This document shows, one piece after another, positions 28,188-38,200 of a stretch of DNA of 64,000 bases. Source of the DNA: the human T2T-CHM13v2.0 reference genome, Homo sapiens; NCBI RefSeq assembly GCF_009914755.1, contig NC_060928.1; one strand, written 5' to 3'. How positions within the stretch are numbered: position 1 is the stretch's first letter; every line of letters starts with the position of its first letter. The position numbers and the translations under genes were made by a program. A model generated the notes under the pieces. The model made no database searches. It was not told the DNA's origin and saw only the letters and a program-made list of their open reading frames with translations.

Positions 28188-28647
28188 TATTTCCGAGTGG
28201 AGAATAACCATTATTTTCTGATCAATCTTATTTTTGTTATTTATAGGAAAAGAGGTGAGCCATATAATAGAATAAGATGTCAGATATGAGAAAATCATCT
28301 AACTGAGAGTACTGCAGAAATAATGTGACCAACATTCTCAGAAGAGTAATGCTGTATGCCTTCCATGAGCTCAGATTTTAAGGAAATCCAGTAGGTAATC
28401 TGAAGGAGAAGCTAACTTCCTAGCTATCACCATAACACAGACTGCATGTTAGCATTATAACTGCATATCCATACAGAATTTTCCCTATGCTTATCTGATT
28501 TGGGATTTAAAATATGCATTCAAAAGAAACAGGAATTTATGATAAAGTCTAGCAATATTTATTTTAATCTGATTGCATTCTTCAGGAAAATATTGCACTA
28601 AGTCAGGTTTAGATACCACCATGTGGCAGATAATGTAGCTGTGAAAA

Positions 28648-29001
28648 GTGTCATATTCCATTTGGGTTGTTAAAATGAAGTACCATAGCCTAGGTGGCTT
28701 ATAAACACAGAAAATTATGTCTCACAGTTCTTGAGAAATAGATCAGGGTGCCAGCATGATCAGATTCTAGTGACGGCCCTCTTTTGGACTGCAGAGTGCC
28801 AGCTTTTCATGTCTATTCATGGCAGAAAGAGAGTAAGTGAGCTCTCTGAAGTCCCTTTTATAAGGATACCAATCTCATTCATGAGGGCTCCATCTTCATG
28901 ACCTAACTACCTTCCAAAGGCCTCTCCTCCCAATATCATTATGTTGGGAGTTAGGATTTCAATATATGGGTTTTGTGGGGCCACAAACATCCAGTCCATT
29001 G
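28648..29001 (-). mobile_element. MaLR solo LTR, MLT1A/MSTD-like
   Basis: Reverse-oriented AAGTACCATAGCCTAGGTGGCTTATAAAC...CATGAGGGCTCCATCTTCATGACCTAA...AAACATCCAGTCCAT. Confidence 0.8.
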
Positions 29002-30519
29002 TAGATAGCTCCTTAGCTTTCCTTACCATCAAGAATATATTGAGACCTTTGGTATAGTACAGTCTGAAAAATTCTTGACAATAATTCTGATTAGCCAAGC
29101 CTGCATTAGTTGCCTGTACCTGGACCCTTCAACCATGGCCAAGAGTCAGGGCCAAATAGTATGAACAAGGCCACTTCATAGACACATCTGCCCAATCATG
29201 TGTGGAAGCTGTTCTCAGAGAAGGAGGGGTAATTATGAGTCAGGCATCTACTATCTGTGTCTATTATAGTCTTAAAGGAGTGAGGCTGAAAAGCAGAGCC
29301 CAGAAAAGTGGCAGTGTTTTATAAAGGATCAAAAATTCCATTTTCTTCCTTTCTAGACTATGACAGTTATTACTGACTATCTCTGGTTGACCACGATGTT
29401 TTCATTAGTACAGTACAAACATATTTGTATACTTTATCTTATAAAGATGAGAGGATCTTAAGAAAATAGTGTTGGGCTCTTGAATACTTTTATATTTCTG
29501 GAGACTAGAATCTAGGCACCGTGATGTCACACTTTTAACGCAACTCTTTGAGTGCTGAATACTTCCACTAGAGCAGGGTACTATCACTAACATTTATAGT
29601 GAGTAGCTATAACCATTCTGTGTTGAAACTAATGAGGAGTTATGAAAGGTAATCTAACTGTGGGATCTAAGACAAGGTAGCTAGAAAAGTTACAGGAAAA
29701 AAACCAAGTTACAAGAAAAAAAAGACTTGTTGCTTTCACAGTCTTTCAGAACTGGCATGCTGTATGCAAACATTTGAGAAATTATAATAAAGAGTTTTAA
29801 GGAGACACTTCCATTGGAAGAAAAGAAGTCAATATGTGGAAAATGTTTACTACTTAGGAGAAGCTGTTTAAAAATATTTAGATTTACATCTATATTGATA
29901 TCTGTATCTATAGCTAAGCTTCCAAGTCATTAAGAATGTAGAATTCACGGGTCTTTTTTGGATTGAAAAAGAAGAAGGGTGAATAACTTGAAGCAAGGAG
30001 GGAATATAAGATACCAAATTAGCAGGGCAATATAATCTGGGTAAGATTTTATAGACTTAAAATGGTCCTTTGAGAAATATCCCAGGGTACAGAAAGGGTC
30101 ACTGAGTGCTTCTTGGGATTGGGCTATCCCATAGGGTAGTCTAATATGTTCTGATAGCCCTATGTAATCCATATTTGCATCATTATTCTACTGAATACCA
30201 AATGCCTTAAAATTCTAATCACGCCATGGCATCCTAGGAGTCTGAGTGCTATGCTTTGCTGTCTGCGTTGCAGATGTGATTTAACTCTGATTACCTTGAT
30301 TTGTCAGTGAATTTAGGCCCAGTAGCATTTAAGATAGTAACTGTCTGCGGATATCTGACTGAGTATTAGAGAGTATTGTCCCTGATGGCAATAGCTCAGT
30401 AATTTGAAATCCTGTGAAAGCTTACATCTGGTTGAAGTAGAAGGTCATTTCATGTGAGAGTAGCACTGTCACGTGTCTGCATTATCCACACATTTGGTTA
30501 CTGAAAGACTAATATATGC

Positions 30520-30970
30520 AAGCCCAGCCCAGGGTGGTATGCAATGGTAAGCCAAAGGATGAGGAGGAGCTAAATCATGAAAGAATCCTGATATTCACTT
30601 GGACACATGACTGCCTAGAGTAGTCTACATTTTCCATGTAAAGGATGGAATGAAAGGGGAAATGGTGTATGCAACTTTAGGAAATTTTCCCTGGATACAA
30701 GAATGCTCTTCTCTTCCTCCTTCTTCCCTTTCGTCCTTGCTCTTGCAAGGTAGGTGTGATTGCTGGAACTGAAATTAGCAACAGTGGCCACAGATGGCTG
30801 AGCAAGAAGACAAAGTGTCTATTTCAGTTTGGAATGCTTTTGAGGGCCATACCTGCACTAGACCACCTACCTCTAGATTTTCATTTGAAAAAGAAACAAA
30901 TTTGTCTTGTTTAGGTCACTGCTACTTTTTGTTTCTGTTGCTTGAAGCCAAATTGAATCTTAACTAATAT
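30520..30970 (+). mobile_element. Old MaLR LTR remnant (MLT1J/K-like)
   Basis: CTAGACCACCTACCTCTAGATTTTCATTTG...TCTTGTTTAGGTCACTG...CTTAACTAATA. Confidence 0.5.
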
Positions 30971-32439
30971 AGTATGTATGCATCATTTAAAAAATTATTT
31001 TTGCTTATCAACTTTTTCCCACTAACTATTGATTTCATTCCGATAAGGGGGCTTTTATTGAGTATGAAAAAAGCAAGATTACTTTGAATATGTAAACATT
31101 ACATACCCTCTCCCCTTTTATAGCAATTATGGCTGAGATGTATATCATTATACAAAATCCTTGTCCATATCTCTGCTTTTTTCTGTAGATGAGATATCTA
31201 TACATAGAAACACTGGATTTAGTGGCATATATATTCTATAAAGCAGTTGTTTCATATTGTCAGCTTCCTTTCTAGAGCAATTGTGTCACTATATATTACT
31301 AGCATGGAGGCATGCCTGTCTCAACACACTTTCGTTAGAGTTTAGTAATAGAGCACTGTTGCTATTTCAGTTAATTTTATGGTAAAAACATGAAACATGA
31401 TAGATCTCCTAAATGGATCTATTTTTATGTATTAGATTTCTATAGGCAGAACATATTTCCTTGCATTTATTGGCCATTTGTATTTATTCTGTGAACAGAT
31501 GGTTTTAAGGTCTTTTCTAAACTTCCATTCTGTGGGGATCTTAGTATATTTCTTATTGATTTGAAAGGGTCTTTGGTCTAAAAATTTTAATTAGTCATTT
31601 AAATGTTTTAATTCTCTTTATCTTATTTGATTAGATAATCACTTTTTTTTTTCATTTTTAGAGCCCTTTTCCCTTTGGTAAAAATTATTTTTTTTCAATT
31701 TTAACGGTGCTGAAGCCTACAGTGCCATCTTTCTAAAAAACCACTCTAGTTTGCACAGAGTTACATCATATGATAGTATCTGTGCTCAAACATCATCTGT
31801 ATGATGTCTTCTCCTTGAGAAGAAGGTGTTAAATATATGTAACATAGGTGTTAAATACAGTAGCTAAGAGGACACAGAATTTATTTTATTTTTATGGAAG
31901 CTTCACCTTAGAAGAACATTGGCAAGAGTCATGGATTTCCTGGCAATGAAGTGGGATGTTTTATGTCTTAAATCAGATATAGAAGACTATGTCCATGAGA
32001 TTAAAAATGACTTGGAAGCATGAAGTTTGAGATTAAAATATAAGCAGCTGCCTTAAATAATGCTGCCTTGACATTTGATTAAGTTATACAAACCATTAAC
32101 CTATTCTCTTTCTTTCATTGCTTTTCTTTACTCATTGGTTATTTTTATTCACACACCCCGATTTTTGGTTCTTTCTCCCTCGTTATTGTCTTTGTAATTT
32201 TGCTTATTTGTGGTCAACTCCTCCGTGGTGAACACTTCCAATTACTTATTTAACTGACTATGCTTAGTTTTCAGTTAATATTTCATTTATATAGATACAC
32301 ATATATGTATATCTATGTGTGTACATATGTGTGTGTATAAATATACATGTAAAACTTTTACTTTGAAATTTCATTTTCCTGCATCCCTCCAGACCTCTGT
32401 TGTGTTAAAGATGATTCTAAAAACTGATCTATAGCTACT

Positions 32440-32600
32440 ATTTATTTAATATTCTCATGCTACCACTAATAATCTTTAATATCTATATATTGTCATTATA
32501 TATTTTTATCGATCTAAATAAATATTAAATATGTATTTAATGTTTCTGATGCTACCACTAATAATCTTTAATATCTATACTTGTCATCATATATATTATT
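32440..32600. repeat. Tandem duplication with 92-bp period
   Basis: 31-nt identical core ATGCTACCACTAATAATCTTTAATATCTATA at 32457-32487 and 32549-32579, with similar flanks. Confidence 0.9.
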
Positions 32601-33873
32601 ACAATGTTATTTTTATTACTTGGTTGTTTTATTATACTTAATACAACCATTAAGCATTTGAGAAATGAATTGAGTAACTTCCATTTTTCCTCCTTTACAA
32701 ATAAGAGCCTCTTGTCACAATTGGCTAGAGTTTACTCTTTCCAAAACTATTTAAGTAACAAGTGACTCCAGATGTCAATTTGTATTTTCTTTAAGTACCC
32801 AGGGGAGTTCATGGATGTCCTGTATTAAGCAAATTCAAGTAGCATAACTTCAGCTTGTGAACATCTAGTTGGTCAGAATTCAGCAATATCATTAAATCTC
32901 CCTTCCCACCCCCAATTTTTTTAAAGGACTAACTATGCGCAAAGGACTGTAGATATAATCTTTCCTTATACAGATGATTAAAACTAGCCATTTGCATTCA
33001 AGAAAAACTGTAATCTGAAGAAGCAAATGGACAAACCATTAATGATTAAAAAGGAACAAGGAAAAAGGCAGAATAAAATAGGTGTTAGAGGAGATGTCAT
33101 CAAAATGTTACAGGGTATCATGAAAGGAGTGATTTTTGGGGAAGGAGTCTTGGTGAGAAGAGGCTTCTTGGAGAACGTTGGATTGGAGTTGAGCTTTAAA
33201 GAATGAATGACATTTTAACTGTCACTTTGTGTTGGGTATGTTTTTAATTCTAATGAGGTTTCAGGTTCTTCAGATATGCTAGGATTGATGTTACCTCTTA
33301 AAGAGCTCCTAGAAGTCGTTAGGTCATTCTAAATGTATACATTGAAATACAATTTGGGAAATTTAGCTAGGGATGTAATGTGCTTGTTGAATGAATATGA
33401 TAAATCTTAATGATTTGAGTGTACTGGTATAGAAAATAACATCTTAGCCATTTGAAATCACGACATTTTAGAGCAGGAAAAGACCTTACAAATTATGTAA
33501 TCAACAGTCTCCTTTACAAAGAAGGCACCAAAAGGTTCAGCAATTGACCAAGGCCACTCATTTAACTTGACCAGACTTTTCCTCTGTCAGAAGGCATGGT
33601 TTTGGAATCCGCACCTTTCTGTATCCATTATGGTAATTTCCATTGATGATGTGAAATAAGATAATTGAATCTCCACGATTGTTCATCAGACAGGGATACT
33701 TTAAACCGTGCAATGAACTTGCAGGTCGAGTTAAGTTTGAAGGAACATAAAATTGACCAAAGGCAGGAAACATTTTCAGACTCGGTACTTGCATAATGAA
33801 AATACGGAATAATCCGCACCTGAAAAAATGAGACACTGGCAGGACTTTCAAGCTGATGTCGTTTACTCACCTA

Positions 33874-34020
33874 GGGTGGAGTGGGAGAGGAAGACAAGAG
33901 GAGAAAGGGGGGAGGGAGGTGATGGAGAGTGGGAGGGGGAGAGAGGGAGGGAGGGACAGAGGAGGAAGTGGAGGAGAGAGAGAGAGAAAGAATGAGAGAG
34001 AGAGAGAGAGGGAGAGCGAG
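33874..34020 (+). repeat. Polypurine (G/A) tract with (GA)n microsatellites and a G-quadruplex motif, upstream of the TSS
   Basis: ~145 nt almost purely purine; GGGAGGGGGAGAGAGGGAGGGAGGG at 33931-33955; (GA)n runs at ~33973-34010. Confidence 0.9.
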
Positions 34021-34410
34021 CGCCGAGGCGGGCCTCGAAGCCACTGGAGAGGTACCCTTTGTCTGACAAACCCTGAAAGGGAAGCCTCTAGTAGCAGCCC
34101 TCCCGTTCCCACCTCCAAGCGTTTGCCGAACTGCTAGGTGGAGCCCGCGCCGCGGAGCCCACGAGCACTCCATATCCGGGTTTTGCCGGCCACCCCTTTC
34201 CCTGGCGCGAGCCCCCTCCCCGGCTCTCGGAGCTCTTGCCGCTGGCCCGCCCGACCGCTGCTCATTCTGGCCTCCGCTCCGGCCCCGGCTGCGCCTACCC
34301 CGCGCGCAGGCTGCACGGTCCCCGCGCGCCCGCGCTCTGACCCGCTGTCTGCGCGTCGCCCCCCTCGCCTGCTGGCCCGGCACCGCTCGCTCCAGTTCCC
34401 AGGAGCGGGG

Positions 34411-34536
34411 ATGCAGATGCTGCAGCTGGTCGGGGTGGGCGCCGCCGCCGCCGCCGCCGCCGCTGCTGCTGGTTTTTCTCGGACTGCTCGTTGCCTCCGC
34501 TCCGGCAGCTGCTGCCGCCGCCACCGCCGCCTGTGA
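34411..34536 (+). CDS. Putative uORF, 41 aa with Ala10 (MQMLQLVGVGAAAAAAAAAAGFSRTARCLRSGSCCRRHRRL)
   Basis: First AUG of the inferred transcript, context GGGATGC (-3 G); in-frame second AUG at 34417; translation not demonstrated. Confidence 0.35.
   Translation: MQMLQLVGVGAAAAAAAAAAGFSRTARCLRSGSCCRRHRRL
34441..34470 (+). repeat. Compound trinucleotide repeat (GCC)7(GCT)3 in the 5'UTR
   Basis: Read directly. Confidence 0.97.
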
Positions 34537-35202
34537 CTCGCCCCCTCCCCTTTCTTTCTTCTCTTTTTGCCTTGGTCCTCTTCCTACGGGTGTGCGCGCG
34601 CGCGGGTTGCACGGTTTGCTTTGGCAGGAGCTCGCTCGTGTGTGCGCGTGTGTGAGTGTGCGTGTCTGGAGAGCGCCAGTGCCTCGCTCGCTCTTGGGGA
34701 GTCGAAGAAGAGAAAGAACCGAAGAGACAGCGGCGGCGGCGCAGAGCCCGGGGCCGCGCGATGAAGCTCCCACATGCCCGCAGCTGCCCGGCCCGGCCGG
34801 CGAGCTAATCATCCACCCCACGGGCTCGGGGCTCGCCGGCCCCCGGGACGCAGCCCTCGGCGGCCGGGCGCCCGCTCTGTCTGCGCGCCCCCTCCGTGCA
34901 CCGGGGAAGGAGTTTGTGTGGCTCTCGCTCCGGCTGTCCGCGGAGGTTGCGGGCTTGAGAGGGGACCCTCGGCTGGGAGAGAACCTCGGGAGGACGAAGA
35001 GGAGGACGGTTTGGCGGAGAAGCCACCCCTGGCCCTCGCGGCTCCCCCTACCTATTCCATCGCTCCCGCTCCGAGGCGGAAAGGGGAGGACGTGGAAGAA
35101 GAAAAAGAAAGAGAAGGGGGGTGGGGTGGGAGAACTGGATATAAAGATCGGCTGGGGGGATGGTGGAAGATTTTTGGTCTCTTCGGCAGCGTCTTTTCTT
35201 AA

Positions 35203-35226
35203 GCGGCGGCGGCAGCAGCAGCAGCA
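35203..35226 (+). repeat. Compound trinucleotide repeat (GCG)3(GCA)5 in the 5'UTR
   Basis: Read directly. Confidence 0.95.
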
Positions 35227-38200
35227 AGAGGAGGAGAAGCAGCCCCAGCTATGACTGCCGCATGTTAATAGCTGCCGCTGGGTCCCTCGGCTGCTGCTGG
35301 AGACAGAGCCTGACTCCGAAGTTGTGCAACTGTGGACTGGGAGAGACATTTGAACCCTCTTTTCTTTTCGCTCCCCTTTTGCCCCCTTGGGGTGTGTGAA
35401 GCGAGGAACGTAAAGGAAGGCGAACATTTGGCTCTCTTTTTCCTTCCCCTTTCTCCGTGGCTGTGTAGCGGAAGAAAGGGAAGAGAGACTTTTTGTTGTT
35501 GTTTCCTTGACTGGGGTCTCCACCCTCCTGCTGCTTTCTCTGCGCTTCGATTCTCGTTATTTGCCGCGTGTGGTTGGGGGTGTCTGCACAGGGGCCGGCC
35601 GGTCTTTTGCCCCGGGCTCAATGGCTGGATTGTGGAAACTGCACCCGCCTTCAGGTTGTTGAGCAACTGATGGGACGATCTCAGGGACCGGCGTTTACGA
35701 AAGGTAATTTATTCTTCGCACTCTTCATAATAGGGGTCGCCCTGGCCGGGCGCAGGCGGCGGCATCCACCGGGCGGGCAACAAGAGGGGGTGCGGGGTGT
35801 ATGCACACTCGCCCTTCCACTCACACACTCGCCCTCACACACACACACACTCATCCGGTCGTGGTGCGGGGCGGGAAGGGAACCTCCTGGCTGGTGGGCG
35901 CTCGGGTCTGGCGCGGGTTGGAGTTTTTTCCAGCCATTGGGCGATTTGACCGGCCGAGGGGAGTGAGGGGGATAAGAGACTGGGCGCATTCGCAGCTGCA
36001 CACGCTGGGGAATAGGAACAGTTCCCACCCCGTTAATTTTCCCTCTCCTCTCACCCCAGTGGCATCCCCTGGTGGGGGCAGAAAGCGGACAGGAGGGCGA
36101 CTTTTCTCCGTCAGGCTGGAACTGGTGCCGCTGGAGGCGGGAGCGGGCTGGAGGACGGACAGGGTCTGGGTGAGAAGCTGGGCTCTGGGAAGATGGAAAA
36201 TGCAGGGTGCCGAGCCCGGCGCGATTCTCCCTCAACGCTTGCCTGGAGCATCCCTGGCCCCTTTTGCCCAGGTCGCGCCCCTGAGTCTTGGAGTCGCGCT
36301 GCCTCCCCGCGCCCTGCCTGTTGTGTCTCCTTCACGGCAGTTTGGTTTAGACCTGCGTGCCCAGGCTTTGTTAGGCGGTTTTGGCTGGAGAAAGCTGCCA
36401 CTTTCGTGGGTGGCCCGGGCTGCGCTGTGCTGGTAGTGGGCACTGGGCGGGGGGCGGCGGTGTTGCACGAATCCGGGCGGCCGCGGCGCCGGGGCGGGGT
36501 GGGCAGAGCATTGGTGGTCGCGGTTGGCGGGTTACAGGTAGGAGAGAAGGCACCTCGGCGCTTCTCTGAGGAGAAGGGAAGGCTCCAGGCTGCAGCGCAG
36601 CGTCTGAGCTGCCGCGACCCAGCCTCCGGTCCCACGTCGGAGCTCAGAAGCTTAGGGTGCCAGGCCCCCAGCACTATAGGTGGGTGTGTGTGTGTCTGTG
36701 CGTGTGTGTGTGGTGTGTAGGGGTGGGGGCGACCTCCTCTACCAGCCTTACTTGGCGGCGGAGTCAGCGTTTGAGTGTGTGCGCATTTTTGCGCCCCAGG
36801 GACGGCAGAGAGATATTTGCGGGGATGCCGGAGCTGATGCTGCTGGAGCTGAGCTTGCTTATTGAAATCGCCTGGGATCCTCTTAACTGGAAAATCTGGT
36901 TTGAGGAGGCCACGGGGGCCCCCGCAGGGTGGCGAGGAAACCTTGCCGTGTCCCCTTCCCCTGGAGAGGCGCAGCTCGGCGACATGCGTGCGGCGCGTGA
37001 GAGTCGCTGGTGCAGCGCTCGATGCACCCCAGAATGGCCCTGATGAGAACCTCATAGGGTAGTCATCTCTCCAGCAGGTTGAAGTAATCGAGTCCAGCCA
37101 GCGTAACTCCTGGTCCCTGGAATTCTCTGGCCACTTTCCTACCTCTGATAGAAACATGCGCTGCTTTTATTTATGGCCAGAGATATCATAGCAGTTGGGA
37201 GAACTCGAGGCTTGCGAGCCACCTCCAGGGTGTCTCCTCCCTGTGTCTGCGTGTGATCCCTGCCTGCGGTAGTTAGAGCACATTGTAAACAACGGTGTAA
37301 GCACTCCTGCCACAGTCTCCTTTAGAGTCTAACCTGCTGTCGTCTGTTGTGTTTACTTTCCTGGTTGTATTACTCATTAGGAAGTATAAGGCTTCTTGCA
37401 CCTCTGATTTTACATCCTTCCAGCCAGCTGCTGGGGAAATGAGGAGACGCATAGACTCTGGCAGGAAGGAAAAATTGCCTTCTGTGTTTTGCTCTGAAGT
37501 AAATAGGCAGTCTGCTAATTTTAGTGTCATATGGGCTTTCATCACTAGTTAAAGAATGTCATCGTAGAATCTGCAAAGAAACACTTCTTTAGCACTTTTT
37601 CATTTGGAGACTTTCCTATATTTCCCTATGAGAATAAACAGAGTTTGGTAAGATTTCTTTTGTATATTTTTCCATCTGTAATGATTCTAAATGATCTGGA
37701 CTTCTGGCGCCCAATTTATCTGCATGTGGATTACAAATAGGATAGAATTCTCAGCTCTTTTATAATCACCAAAATAGGATACCAGATAATTTGTATAGGA
37801 GTTAAGAGGATATTTGTGTGTTGAATTATCTCTCAGCTTTGTTTCACCCAATCTTTTTTTTTTTTTGTAACCAAAGCAAGGGTAAAGACTGTACATAGAT
37901 AAACACAGTTTATAAAGTGTTACTTTTGCAAGTGAAACTGCTTTTTACTTTCAATAATTAAAATGTATTAAATTCCTTAGGTCTAGATTAGCTCTGACTG
38001 CTTTGGTGTTTGTTGCAAATACTTGTGTTCTATTTTGTTTTAAAAAGTATAGGGCTGTTAATGGAACAGTGTACTTTATTTTTAGGTACAATAATTTCTG
38101 GATATCTTCATTATTTTTTAAAGACCTTGACCTCTTGAAAAAGCATAGATTGCAAAAGACACTGAATCACTGATGCCTGACTTTAAGTTATATTTTTATG

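Larger units (their letters stand above)
34264..35703 (+). other. ADGRL3: Non-coding first exon (5'UTR), probably ADGRL3/latrophilin-3 exon 1
   Basis: Inr at 34262-34268 (start inferred); donor AAG|GTAATT after 35703; no coding exon follows in 28 kb. Gene identity is recalled from the exon sequence plus the RPL17 pseudogene ~10 kb into intron 1 and is not verified by alignment. Confidence 0.72.
34010..37100. promoter_or_regulatory. ADGRL3: CpG island promoter (ADGRL3 5' end, by recall)
   Basis: Abrupt shift to GC- and CpG-rich sequence in an AT-rich background; GC boxes (e.g. GGGGCGGGG 36491-36499); Inr-like TCATTCT at 34262-34268. Confidence 0.9.

Noticed and set aside
34925-34950. Possible REST/RE1 site (GGACAG half-site on the minus strand; others near 36158 and GGTGCTGAA near 31706)
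   Set aside because: Only isolated half-sites; the partner half does not match TTCAGCACC-nn-GGACAG.
34592-37157. Long ORFs in the CpG island (220, 184, 211, 348, 175 aa)
   Set aside because: Mostly non-ATG starts, Arg/Pro/Gly/Ala-rich low complexity, overlapping on both strands, no recognisable domains; expected from stop-codon scarcity in GC-rich DNA.
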